53,269 bases of DNA, from the NCBI GenBank assembly GCA_964574525.1, contig CAZNOE010000002.1, positions 1 through 53,269 of the forward strand, in the 5' to 3' direction. Of the stretch, positions 44,740 through 53,269 are shown in pieces. A model generated the notes under the pieces. That model had not been told where the DNA came from. It saw only the letters and a list, made by a program, of their open reading frames with translations, and searched no databases. The stretch comes from an uncultured Bifidobacteriaceae bacterium. Lineage in GTDB: Bacteria > Verrucomicrobiota > Verrucomicrobiia > Limisphaerales > JADLHS01. The position numbers were made by a program, and so were the translations under genes. Numbering within the stretch: the first letter of the stretch is position 1; each line of letters begins with the position of its first letter.

Positions 44740-46737
44740 TTAGCGGCGAATCACGACGAGCCAATCCTGCGCCGCGTCGGCGGGCGGTGGGCCCAACACC
44801 ACCTTGCCGCCGGCCTTGACGGACTTCGGAGAAGCGTCCGCCAGCGGACCACCGGAGCGCGGGTTGAACCACTGGACCGTGAAGCTGCCGCTGGCGCCGG
44901 ACATATCCAACTCGGTGGTGCCGCCGTTGGGCAAATACACCAGGTAAAGCTCACCCTCCTTGGCGAGACAGTACTTCGAGTTGTCGTCCTTCGCGTTCCC
45001 GATGAGCGCGTCGGCGCTTTTCATCTCCCAAAACGGAATCTTGTTGGCCGGGAAGAACTCCAGCGCGACGCGGGCGTAATTCCAGTTCTTGTCGCGGCTG
45101 CGCCAGTCTTCGCAGACGAGGTCGTTCTCGGGCAGTTGATAGCCGAAGTAGTATTCCACGCCCGCGCCACCCGCCATGAGATTGCCCCAAAGGGTGGCCT
45201 TGCGAATGTCATCCAGCGTGTAGCCGCGTGTCTCGGCCGACGAAGGCTCCTGCTTCTTGCCATCCTTCTTGGCATTGCCTTCCGGAGTTGGGCGGGCTCG
45301 TGCAACGCCGTCGAAACCTTGGTAACCGGGATCAGGCGGCACACCAAGGCTGGCCGGGCCTTGTTCGTCGTTGGCCACGACCCAGGCCTTGCCGGCGTCG
45401 TCAGAGGCCGTCACCCACTTAAGCGTGCGCTGGTGAACCTGTTGCCATCCATTTTGCAGTGACGCTCCGGTGAGCTGCGACTTGTCGCCCAGCAACGGCG
45501 TATAGACCTTGTCCTGCTGGGGCGGGAACGTGTGGATCACGACGTGGTGTTGATACGGATCGTTCGCGCGGATGTAGTTGATCATGTCGTTGACCTCTTC
45601 CGTGCTTTGCGTGTTCTCCTCGCCGATGTTCCAGTTCAACGCCAACTCGTGCGCGTAACGGGCAATCAACTCGCGGCAGTAGAGCTTGCGCTGCGGACCG
45701 AGCTTGCCGCCGTCGAGCGACTCGGGCACGAGGCCAGGTTCAGCCTTGTCGCCACGGCGGTCGTCGTCAATTTCCTGCTCCTGCAACTTGAAGTGGAGGT
45801 AAAGCCCCTTGGCTGTCGCGTGGTCGAACACCACGCCCCATTGATCCAGCTTCGAGCAATCCCAATGCAGCTTGTCGTTGCGACTGACGAACGGCCACAC
45901 GTTGTTGCCGTCTCCCCCGGCGTTGTAAGTTAGGAAGCTGAACGCATTCACGCCCTTGCCCGCGAGATAATTCAGCGCGCCGATCAGTCCCTTGCCCTTG
46001 CCGCCCTTCCACGTCGGGTCGCCCGCGCGCCAGTCCTGCACATGGGCTGCCCACGTCTTGAGCGGCACGTTCTTCTTGAGGGCGATGGTGTTGTCAAAGT
46101 CGGCATACGCCAGCAACGTCTCCGGTGCGTCCGCCCCCGCCTTGAGGAAATACTCCTTCGTGCCGGCAAACTGGAGATGATGTTTGCCGACGTATTGCAG
46201 CAACCCCTTGCCGCGAAAATCACGCCCGGTCTTGTCGGTCTTCGCGATCTTGAAGCTGCCACTCACGCCGTGGAACGGCTTCACCGCCGCGCCCCCGCCA
46301 TCGAGCGCCGCGTGTTTGCCGCGCGTGAACGACACGGAATACTTCCACGTGCCCGCCTTGTCCGGCGCGAGGTGCGCGCGCCATTTCGTGCCGGACTCGG
46401 CAGAGGTGTTGGCGGCATCGCCGTCGGCGGCGAAGTAGCCCGGCACTTTGTAACTCGGCGACCCCGACTCGTGCGTGAACGTCACCGTCAGATTGCAGTC
46501 CGTGAAGGGATTCGGATCGTTGTCCAGTTCGTGCGCATACGGCCCGTCGAGCGTCAGCGTGACCTTGTACCACTCCTTCAACTCACCGGAGATTTCCACC
46601 GCACCCTTGCCGTCAGCCTTGCGCGGCAACACGAGGCCTGGCGAGGCAATGGGCACGGAGGCGTCGGCCGCTTGCGCGGAAAATCCCGTTGCCAACAACA
46701 CAACGGCCAGCAGGTTTGTGAGTGTGATTCGTTTCAT
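44740..46737 (-). CDS. DUF5060-domain protein with GH5-like domain, secreted (tandem paralog)
   Basis: ORF trimmed to ATG 46737 (MKRITLTNLLAVVLLATGFSAQA signal). Collinear with 42836..44704 (ISGELKEWYKVTLTLDGP..., LALNWNIGEE). Carries an extra charged segment ARARPTPEGNAKKDGKKQEPSSAETRG. Confidence 0.65.
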   Translation of the reverse strand: MKRITLTNLLAVVLLATGFSAQAADASVPIASPGLVLPRKADGKGAVEISGELKEWYKVTLTLDGPYAHELDNDPNPFTDCNLTVTFTHESGSPSYKVPGYFAADGDAANTSAESGTKWRAHLAPDKAGTWKYSVSFTRGKHAALDGGGAAVKPFHGVSGSFKIAKTDKTGRDFRGKGLLQYVGKHHLQFAGTKEYFLKAGADAPETLLAYADFDNTIALKKNVPLKTWAAHVQDWRAGDPTWKGGKGKGLIGALNYLAGKGVNAFSFLTYNAGGDGNNVWPFVSRNDKLHWDCSKLDQWGVVFDHATAKGLYLHFKLQEQEIDDDRRGDKAEPGLVPESLDGGKLGPQRKLYCRELIARYAHELALNWNIGEENTQSTEEVNDMINYIRANDPYQHHVVIHTFPPQQDKVYTPLLGDKSQLTGASLQNGWQQVHQRTLKWVTASDDAGKAWVVANDEQGPASLGVPPDPGYQGFDGVARARPTPEGNAKKDGKKQEPSSAETRGYTLDDIRKATLWGNLMAGGAGVEYYFGYQLPENDLVCEDWRSRDKNWNYARVALEFFPANKIPFWEMKSADALIGNAKDDNSKYCLAKEGELYLVYLPNGGTTELDMSGASGSFTVQWFNPRSGGPLADASPKSVKAGGKVVLGPPPADAAQDWLVVIRR

Positions 46738-46741
46738 AAGA

Positions 46742-48196
46742 TCAAGGATTGAATTTGTTGACCGCCTCGGCGAGCGCGTGCGGCCCGCCGACGTTTCCGG
46801 GAAACACCACATACGGCAGCCCAGGAAATTTTGTCTCCGCGCCGAGTTCCCACACGGGAATCCCCGGCAAAATCTGGCCGAGCACCATCGCGCGCTTCAC
46901 ACCCAAGCCGCGCGTTGCTAGATCGCTGGAAGTGATACCGCCCTTCGCGATGAGGTAACGTGGCTTGGCCTCGATACCGCGCAGCAATTCCATCAGCGCT
47001 TCGGAAACCTGATTGCCAATCGCGAGGCTCGCCTCCGCGCCGTTGCCGGTGACGAGCGTGCGGCTGGTGAACACCACCACGTCGCGCCCGGCGCGGATTC
47101 CGGCGTTGGCCTGCTCAACAGCACGGCGCAAAACCGTCGTGCGCTGGGTCGCGTCCAAAATGTTTTTCACGCAAATCTCCACGCGCTCCACGTCACTCTT
47201 CGCCAGCAACGACTCCAGTTGCGCCGTCGTCTTCGGCACATACGAGCCGACGATGGTCAAACCGCCCCTCACCCCGTCCCTCTCCCCATCGGATGGGGAG
47301 AGGGTGGCCGCAGGCCGGGTGAGGGGTTTCCACAACGCTCTCGGCGCAAGCCCCAGCCGCGCGGCCACAAAACTTGCCGCCGTGCGATACATCAGGCGGC
47401 TGCTCGCGTTCTCCGCCTGCAACGCCGCCCACGCCAGCACTTCCAAATCGCGCGGCGCGGCGGCGTTTGCGATGCAAACCTCGCCATCGCGCAACGACAG
47501 CAGTTTCGCTTTCACTGCGTCCGGTCCGGCGACGCGCAAATCGTCGAGCGAAATGCTTTTCACTTCCACCGCCTTCACCCCGCCGCCGGTCTTTTCCTCC
47601 ACCCACGCGCGCAGATTCGAGTTGCGATAGCCAAACGCAGCGTCCCGGGCAAACGGCGTCTCCGCTGCCGGAACGAGTTCTTCGCCCTCGGCGACGTAGT
47701 GAACATCATTCACCGTGTAGCGCCCGCCCGCTTCGAAATACGGCACGAGCAACACCGGCGGCGTCTGCGTCCCGCCGCCCACAAGCGTCCGGCCCAGCGC
47801 ATCCGTCTCCGCCGGAAAATGCCCGCGCAACGTCGAATCGCTGCGGCTCACGACGACAAAATCATTTCGCCCCGGCGACCGCATCGCCGCCACGGTCAGG
47901 TTGCGCGCGATCTCCTGATTGATCCGCACCGCCTCCGCCGCCGGAAACGCGCGCGTGTTCGTCAGCAGATAAAAGCACGGCAAGTCATTTGCGAATTCGC
48001 GCGCGAGTTCCTCCGGCTTCCAAGTCGTCAACACCGGCACGCCATACACCGTCTGTGTGCCGGTGGGATCGTCATCCAGCACCACGACCTTGCGACGCGA
48101 CTTCGCCACGCCTTCCCGGATACGCGGCAACAAATCTTCCGCCCACGGCGCGGGCAGCGTCGCGAACAACGCGGATTTGTTGATCGGTGAAATCAT
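46742..48196 (-). CDS. Four-carbon acid-sugar kinase family protein (DUF1537; OtnK/DtnK/LtnK-type)
   Basis: N-terminal VVVLDDDPTGTQTV and C-terminal LIAKGGITSSD are the signatures I associate with this family. 484 aa including a palindrome-encoded insert (see repeat 47265-47326). Confidence 0.8.
   Translation of the reverse strand: MISPINKSALFATLPAPWAEDLLPRIREGVAKSRRKVVVLDDDPTGTQTVYGVPVLTTWKPEELAREFANDLPCFYLLTNTRAFPAAEAVRINQEIARNLTVAAMRSPGRNDFVVVSRSDSTLRGHFPAETDALGRTLVGGGTQTPPVLLVPYFEAGGRYTVNDVHYVAEGEELVPAAETPFARDAAFGYRNSNLRAWVEEKTGGGVKAVEVKSISLDDLRVAGPDAVKAKLLSLRDGEVCIANAAAPRDLEVLAWAALQAENASSRLMYRTAASFVAARLGLAPRALWKPLTRPAATLSPSDGERDGVRGGLTIVGSYVPKTTAQLESLLAKSDVERVEICVKNILDATQRTTVLRRAVEQANAGIRAGRDVVVFTSRTLVTGNGAEASLAIGNQVSEALMELLRGIEAKPRYLIAKGGITSSDLATRGLGVKRAMVLGQILPGIPVWELGAETKFPGLPYVVFPGNVGGPHALAEAVNKFNP
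47265..47326. repeat. 62-bp nested palindromic (REP/MITE-like) element lying in frame inside the kinase CDS
   Basis: Outer 10-bp stem cccctcaccc (47265-74) / gggtgagggg (47317-26). Inner perfect 12-bp stem ccctctccccat (47278-89) / atggggagaggg (47293-304) with a 3-nt loop. It encodes ...LTRPAATLSPSDGERDGVRG... in the gene frame. Confidence 0.7.
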
Positions 48197-48197
48197 G

Positions 48198-48587
48198 TCA
48201 CTTGCCCGTCAGCTCCACCTGCACGCCCTGCGTCGCAGTCTTGTCGAGGAACAACGCGCGTTTTCCCTGCGTGCCCTGATGCGGATTCGGCGCGGTCGGG
48301 ACGGGCGAGTTTTTCTGCGCCTCGCCCACATCCTCCACCTTGAGGCAGAAGTGATGCAGCCCAGGCCCGTTCTTTGCGAGCCACGCCTGCAACGGATGAT
48401 CCGGCGTGAGCGGTTGCACGAGCTGCAACTGCGTGTTGCCGAGATCAAGGTGCGTCAGGCGCACCGTGCTGCCGTTCACGTCCTCCGTGTAAAGCAACTT
48501 AAAGCCGAACGTGTCGCGCCAAAGTTTCAGCGCTGCCTCCGTGTCCGGCACAGCGAGGGCGAGATGGTCTAGTCCTTGATGGTTCAT
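48198..48587 (-). CDS. VOC-superfamily protein (glyoxalase / methylmalonyl-CoA-epimerase-like)
   Basis: 129 aa. Motifs LDHLALAVPDTEAALKLW, LQLVQPL, GPGLHHFCLKVEDV, GVQVELT follow the epimerase-type VOC pattern. Confidence 0.75.
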   Translation of the reverse strand: MNHQGLDHLALAVPDTEAALKLWRDTFGFKLLYTEDVNGSTVRLTHLDLGNTQLQLVQPLTPDHPLQAWLAKNGPGLHHFCLKVEDVGEAQKNSPVPTAPNPHQGTQGKRALFLDKTATQGVQVELTGK

Positions 48588-49618
48588 AGGGGTTTCACGT
48601 CAACCGGCGAACGCGTTTCCGCAGATTGGTAAACTGCTTCCTGCACCGTCAGCGTTTTCAAATACTCCTCGCCGCTCGTTTCAAACGGCTGCCCATCCAG
48701 CATCCGGTCCACAAAATGGCGCTGCGTGAAATAGCAGCAGTCGCCGCAGAAATTCACGTCGGCGCGTTGGTAGGGAAGTTCGATCTCCTTTTCTCCCAGC
48801 CGTTGCAGCGTGAGGCGGGAATCCGTTGCGAGCCGGATGCTGCCCGCGTCGCCTTCAACCAGCATTTCACCGAATGTGTAACGGGGATTGGCAGCAGTGG
48901 TTTCGTTGTAGCGGTTGGCGTCCCATTCGGCGAGCGCGCCGCCTGCGAATTCAAATACGATCAACGCTCGATCTTCGCCCTTGATCACCGGATTCAGCCG
49001 GCGATGCCAGGCCGTGACACGCGCGATTTCGCCTGCGAGGTAACGGTAGGTATCAATGAAGTGAACGCCGTTTTCAAAGACGAGCAGGCGCGGGTAGTCG
49101 CGAAAATACGGCTGTCGCGGGATGTAGGCGTTTGCACCCCAGCCGTCTCCCATGCGGGAGCGGAACGCCATCGAGTGAACTCGTCCGATGGCCCGCGCTT
49201 CAAGAAGACGTTTGATTTCCCGATACCACGGTTGAAAACGAAAATTCTCATGCACCATGAAGCGCACCTTCGCCGCCGCCGCGTCCGCGACAATGGTTTT
49301 CGCCTCCTCAAACGTCGGCGCGAGCGCCTTCTGACAAATGATGTGGACACCGCGGCGCGAAGCTTCGGCGCAAATCGCCTGATGCGAGGGCGGCGGCGTG
49401 ATGACGTCCACGAAGTCCGGCTTCTCTACATCGAACATGTCGCGGTAATCCGCGTAGCATTTATGGAGTCCAAACTTCCTGGTGATTTCGGCGGCCTTGG
49501 TCTGGTCGCGATTGCTGAAGGCGACGATTTCAACCTCGGGAATCCGCTGCCACGCCTCGTATTGGAAGTGGCTGAAGTAGCCCGCGCCGATGCACACGCC
49601 TTTAAGTTTCTTGGTCAT
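48584..49618 (-). CDS. Gfo/Idh/MocA-family oxidoreductase (cytoplasmic, no signal)
   Basis: ORF trimmed to ATG 49618 (MTKKLKGVCIGAGYFSHFQYEAW...). Rossmann-type N-terminus, DVITPPPSH. ATGA overlaps at both ends (48584-87, 49615-18). Confidence 0.75.
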   Translation of the reverse strand: MTKKLKGVCIGAGYFSHFQYEAWQRIPEVEIVAFSNRDQTKAAEITRKFGLHKCYADYRDMFDVEKPDFVDVITPPPSHQAICAEASRRGVHIICQKALAPTFEEAKTIVADAAAAKVRFMVHENFRFQPWYREIKRLLEARAIGRVHSMAFRSRMGDGWGANAYIPRQPYFRDYPRLLVFENGVHFIDTYRYLAGEIARVTAWHRRLNPVIKGEDRALIVFEFAGGALAEWDANRYNETTAANPRYTFGEMLVEGDAGSIRLATDSRLTLQRLGEKEIELPYQRADVNFCGDCCYFTQRHFVDRMLDGQPFETSGEEYLKTLTVQEAVYQSAETRSPVDVKPL

Positions 49619-50868
49619 GCTTGAATCTTTCGTCCCGGCCGCGCGAGCAGCCAGCAAATTATCGCCACGCCGCTCAACGCCGCCGCCGTGTAGAAGAAAG
49701 CCTCGTTGCCTCTCGACGATTCCGGCAGATACGCGAACGCCAGCGCCGTGATCGCCGAGCCGAGGTTGCCCGCCATGTTCATCGTGCCGCTGACTGCACC
49801 GGCGTGTTTGCCGCCGATATCTATGCAGAACGACCACGACGGACTTAGCGTCATGTCCGCGCCGAAGATGGCGATCGTCAGCCAGAACACCGCGCCCGCC
49901 GCCGTGGCCTGATGCAGACTCATCACCATGCCCAGCGCGGCGAGGAGAAATCCGGCGATGGCGGGAAGTTTCCGCGAGAGCGAAACTTGGCCGCGCTTGT
50001 AGAGAAAATCCACGAGCCAGCCGGAGAAAATATTTCCCACCGCGCCGCCGAGCAGCGGAAGCATCGCGTAGAACCCGGCGTCCACGGCGGTGAGATTGTA
50101 TTTCGTCTTCACGTAGGGATAGAGCCAGGTGAGGCTGAAGAAGAAGGTGAAGTTGCTGCCGAAGTATTGAACCATCATCAGCCAGAGATTGCCGGACGCG
50201 AACATTCTGCCCACGCGCAACGGCTCGGGCTTCGCGCTGTTCGCGCTGCCGTCCTGGCGGTTGGCGAGGATGAAGTCGAGTTCCGTTTTGGAAATGGTTT
50301 TGTGCTGCGTGGGATCATCGCGAAACCACAGCCACCAGAACGCCGCCCACGCAAAGCCGGTGAGCATCAGCACGAGGAACGCCTTGTGCCAGCCGACCTG
50401 ATGGATGAGCCACGCCACGCCGGGCATCGCCAGCGCCGCGCCGATGCGCGAGCCGGAGAAGTTGATGCCTTTGACGAGGCCGCGCTCCTTCACCGGAATC
50501 CACGAATACACCACGCGCGCCATGCCGGGAAACGCGCCCGCCTCGCCCGCGCCGAACAGAAAACGGATGACGAGCAGGCTCACGAAATTCCAAGCCGCCG
50601 CCGTCAGCCCGGTGAACACCGACCATGCCGTGACAACTGCCGTCAGGACAAAACGTCCGCCGAAGCGATCCGCCATCGCCCCGCCGGGGGTTTGAAACAG
50701 CGCGTAGCCGAACGCGAATGACGCCAGAACCCACGACCATTGCTCCTTGCTCAAGCCGAGATCTGCGGTGATGGCGTCCTTCGCCGTGGAGATACAAGCG
50801 CGGTCCACATACAGCAACACCGAGAGCAGGAACGTGCAGGTGATGAGCAGGTGGCGGCGCGCGATCAT
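49615..50868 (-). CDS. MFS transporter, anion:cation symporter (ACS)-like, acid-sugar/tartrate-transporter type
   Basis: 417 aa and multi-pass hydrophobic. LYVDRACISTAKDAITADLGLSKEQWSWVLASFAFGYALFQTPGGAMADRFGGR matches the ACS-family N-terminal signature. Confidence 0.8.
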   Translation of the reverse strand: MIARRHLLITCTFLLSVLLYVDRACISTAKDAITADLGLSKEQWSWVLASFAFGYALFQTPGGAMADRFGGRFVLTAVVTAWSVFTGLTAAAWNFVSLLVIRFLFGAGEAGAFPGMARVVYSWIPVKERGLVKGINFSGSRIGAALAMPGVAWLIHQVGWHKAFLVLMLTGFAWAAFWWLWFRDDPTQHKTISKTELDFILANRQDGSANSAKPEPLRVGRMFASGNLWLMMVQYFGSNFTFFFSLTWLYPYVKTKYNLTAVDAGFYAMLPLLGGAVGNIFSGWLVDFLYKRGQVSLSRKLPAIAGFLLAALGMVMSLHQATAAGAVFWLTIAIFGADMTLSPSWSFCIDIGGKHAGAVSGTMNMAGNLGSAITALAFAYLPESSRGNEAFFYTAAALSGVAIICWLLARPGRKIQA

Positions 50869-51536
50869 GCCAGCAGCCGCGCGAGTTCTTCCGCGGAATC
50901 ACCGCCCTCGACGGCGAACGCGCGACACGGACAGCCATCGCCACTCGCGATTTTCAGCGGCAGCGCGGCGAAGAAAACTTTTGGGCCAGTGAGTTGATCC
51001 AGATTGCAGAGTCCCTCCACAATCGTCACGCCGCCGCCGAGCAGGATTTTATGGATGCACGTCACCTCGGGCAGATTGGTCACGTCGGCGATGGAGGGCG
51101 GTTCGACACCGAGCAGCTTCACTTTGCTCGTCACGCACCAATTCGCCAGCGCGTCGCTGATGCGCGGCAGGCCGTCGCGGTAGATCGCCGGGTTGTCCAC
51201 CTGCTTGCTCCAGTCCGTGCGGAGCAAAACACTGTCGCCGGGTTGAAGTTGTCTTGCCACGTCGCCGAGACTGGCAATTTCGATCAACGCTTTCGGGGCG
51301 ATGCCGGCGAGGTTCACTAGCCAGGCGCGGCCCATGCAGCGCTGCGGCGTGTGCTGGTCAATCGTCTCCGGCCCGGCTTCGAAATGAACCTGCGCGTCCA
51401 TGTGCGTGCCGGCGTGCGAGTAGAGCGAGAGCGTGCTGGCGTTCCAGCCTTCCTTGGCCACCGAGAACTTGGGCGTGATCTCCACCCCGCGCATCCCCGG
51501 CTTGAGCGGCATCGTCAGATCAACGATGCGGTTCAT
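50865..51536 (-). CDS. Cyclase-family protein (kynurenine-formamidase-like metal hydrolase fold)
   Basis: 223 aa. HAGTHMDAQVHF (HxGTHxDxPxH-like motif). ATGA overlaps at both ends. Confidence 0.7.
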   Translation of the reverse strand: MNRIVDLTMPLKPGMRGVEITPKFSVAKEGWNASTLSLYSHAGTHMDAQVHFEAGPETIDQHTPQRCMGRAWLVNLAGIAPKALIEIASLGDVARQLQPGDSVLLRTDWSKQVDNPAIYRDGLPRISDALANWCVTSKVKLLGVEPPSIADVTNLPEVTCIHKILLGGGVTIVEGLCNLDQLTGPKVFFAALPLKIASGDGCPCRAFAVEGGDSAEELARLLA

Positions 51537-52678
51537 GTTGTGGACGCAAGTTGGGCGACGACGAGATCTCCCATCGCGCCGGTGGACAATTTACCTCGGA
51601 GATCAGGAGTGCGGTTCTCCGGCGAAGCCAGAACCTTGCCGACTGCCTGACGGATCATTTCCCCGCCGCGTGTGAGTTCCGGATGTTTGAGCCAGTCCAG
51701 CATCATGGCCACAGATAGAATCATGGCCACCGGATTGGCAATGCCTTTCCCCGCGATGTCCGGCGCCGACCCATGGGACGGTTGAAAGACGGCATGTTGG
51801 TCGCCGATGTCGGCCGACGGCGCCATGCCCATGCCGCCGACCAGGCCGGCCGCGAGATCGGAGAGGATGTCGCCGAACATGTTCTCCGTGACCATCACGT
51901 CGAAGCTGTCCGGCCGGCGCAAGAGGAATAGCGACGCGGCATCCACATAAACGCGCTCGGTTTCCACCTCGGGAAACTCGCGGGCGATTTCGTCAAAGAC
52001 CCGGCGGAAAAAAACCATGGAAGGCAGGACGTTGGCTTTGTCCACCAGTGTTACTTTGCGGCGGCGGGTGCGGGCAAGTTCGAAGGCGGAACGGAATAAA
52101 CGCTCCGAACCGTGGCGGGAGATGCGGAGCGTGTCGCAGTACTCCGTGTCCGATCCGTTGGTGGTCGAGAGCCGCGCGGAGAAAAGTCCTTCGGTGCTCT
52201 CGCGCACGATGACCAGATCAATGCCGTCGCCATTGAGGTGCTTCAGCGGCGAGTCGTTGGCATGGTAGAGCTTGATGGGCCGGATGCCGGAATACAGGTC
52301 GAGTTGCTCACGCAAATCAATCTGCGGCGTGAGTTCCTTGCCATCCGGCCAGCGGACATGGGGTAGTCCCATGGCCGACAGTAACACGGCATCCGCGGCG
52401 CGACAGGCGGCATAAGTGGATTCCGGCAGCGGATTTCCCGAACGGAGAAACTCGGCCGCGCCCGCGGCGGCTTCCTGCAATTGGAAGCGGACGCCGGCCA
52501 ATTGCCGCTCGACCGCGCGCAACACCTTCACGCCTTCCGCCATGACCTCCGGGCCAATCCCATCACCGGGCAACACCGCGATGTTCCAAGTGCTCAGCGC
52601 GGTCCCGAAAACATTCCCGGCCGCAAGATCCCCCGTTTTGGTGGGGTGATCTGCGGTTGGCATATTTATTACATTCAT
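51533..52678 (-). CDS. Isocitrate/isopropylmalate-dehydrogenase-family beta-decarboxylating dehydrogenase (tartrate / D-malate dehydrogenase-like)
   Basis: Motifs [48 protein letters not shown]. An alternative ATG lies at 52663. Confidence 0.85.
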   Translation of the reverse strand: MNVINMPTADHPTKTGDLAAGNVFGTALSTWNIAVLPGDGIGPEVMAEGVKVLRAVERQLAGVRFQLQEAAAGAAEFLRSGNPLPESTYAACRAADAVLLSAMGLPHVRWPDGKELTPQIDLREQLDLYSGIRPIKLYHANDSPLKHLNGDGIDLVIVRESTEGLFSARLSTTNGSDTEYCDTLRISRHGSERLFRSAFELARTRRRKVTLVDKANVLPSMVFFRRVFDEIAREFPEVETERVYVDAASLFLLRRPDSFDVMVTENMFGDILSDLAAGLVGGMGMAPSADIGDQHAVFQPSHGSAPDIAGKGIANPVAMILSVAMMLDWLKHPELTRGGEMIRQAVGKVLASPENRTPDLRGKLSTGAMGDLVVAQLASTT

Positions 52679-52705
52679 CCTCGTCCTTCAAAACTCTGCC
52701 GCGAC

Positions 52706-52732
52706 TCCGCCCGCCGCGAATCGGCGGGCGGA
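52706..52732 (-). terminator. Strong hairpin downstream of the 52789.. gene (terminator-like, poor U-tract)
   Basis: 11-bp stem tccgcccgccg (52706-16) / cggcgggcgga (52722-32) with a 5-nt loop. On the minus strand a TTTT run follows only ~12 nt later. Confidence 0.4.
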
Positions 52733-52788
52733 CTTATACAGTCCCATTTCCATTTGTGACCCGGTGGTCCGGCAATACCGGCTTCCCC

Positions 52789-53269
52789 TCAGGGCACTTC
52801 CACCGCAAAGAACCGCTGCGGCACAACCGGCGTCAGCGACACGGCGTTGCTGTAGGTGCCGGTGAGGGAGAACGTGTTGGTCGCGATCCGCGTCCAACTG
52901 GCCAGCGGCAGCGCCACGTTCGTTGAAGCGAGCAGCCGATAGGTGGCGCCCGCCAAACCGCCCGTGCCTTGCAAAATGAAGTTCGGGCCCGAGATGTTCG
53001 CCGAGGTGGTCACCGGCGGTATGGGCGTGCCGGTTACGGCAATCGTGCCCGCTGAATTCAGCGCGCTGGTGTCCCAACTCAAGCCCGGCCAAAGCGGCGG
53101 GAAGGTGCCGGGTGTAATCGAACCGCCCAGGCCTCCAGTGAACAGCGTGAAGGTGTTGCCGCTCTTGAGGGTGAGCGCGCCGACGTTCGTCACGGTGAGC
53201 GTGGCGAGTTCCGCGATGGATTGCTGTTCGATGACGTGCTTGCTCGCGGCCTCATCGATGAGGTCGATG
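52789..53269 (-). CDS. C-terminal part (gene continues beyond window end) of a large secreted repeat protein ending in a '...RFFAVEVP' beta-module
   Basis: The frame is open from 53268 down to the stop at 52789; the track's start at 53193 is only an internal GTG. ...LWPGLSWDTSALNSAGTIAVTG... and ATYRLLASTNVALPLASWTRIA...QRFFAVEVP resemble the C-terminal modules of PVC surface proteins. Confidence 0.6.
   Translation of the reverse strand, partial: IDLIDEAASKHVIEQQSIAELATLTVTNVGALTLKSGNTFTLFTGGLGGSITPGTFPPLWPGLSWDTSALNSAGTIAVTGTPIPPVTTSANISGPNFILQGTGGLAGATYRLLASTNVALPLASWTRIATNTFSLTGTYSNAVSLTPVVPQRFFAVEVP

Noticed and set aside
1-53269. Search for CRISPR arrays, tRNA/rRNA genes, IS/transposase, integrase, toxin-antitoxin or defence-system genes.
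   Set aside because: I found no regularly spaced repeats, no tRNA-like cloverleaf candidates in the short intergenic regions, and no ORF with transposase, integrase or nuclease motifs. The repeats present are gene duplications, the leader element and one palindrome.

Overview
GC-rich bacterial chromosomal segment. It probably comes from the PVC superphylum (Verrucomicrobiota/Planctomycetota-like), judging by prepilin-type DUF1559/H-X9-DG genes, three DUF1080 genes, ThuA and Tat-signal Gfo/Idh/MocA enzymes. I call 36 genes or gene fragments, 33 on the minus strand and tightly packed; six junctions are ATGA stop/start overlaps. I saw no rRNA, tRNA, CRISPR array, transposase or phage genes. The window reads as a glycan-degradation supercluster with four main parts. 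(1) Eight paralogs (about 16.8 kb, ~31% of the window) of a secreted, uncharacterised glycosidase-like family, four of them in tandem at the left edge. (2) A predicted periplasmic sugar-processing set: Tat-signal Gfo/Idh/MocA oxidoreductase, Tat-signal Hyi-like TIM barrel, Tat-signal enolase-superfamily enzyme, Tat-signal aldo/keto reductase, ThuA and 3x DUF1080, plus a formylglycine-type sulfatase, a GH27-like enzyme, DUF5107/TPR, DUF4874/DUF4832 and 2x DUF5060. (3) Large modular surface proteins that share an unassigned alpha/beta domain and a ~55-aa C-terminal '...F[YF]RVKQ' module, next to DUF1559 pseudopilin-like genes. (4) A translationally coupled cytoplasmic operon containing a DUF1537 acid-sugar kinase in a non-canonical gene context. 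Non-coding observations: a ~250-nt conserved leader repeated upstream of the DUF1559 genes, whose 23-nt core recurs upstream of one paralog; and a 62-bp nested palindrome sitting in frame inside the kinase gene. All functional calls come from motif recognition by eye and none were checked against databases.
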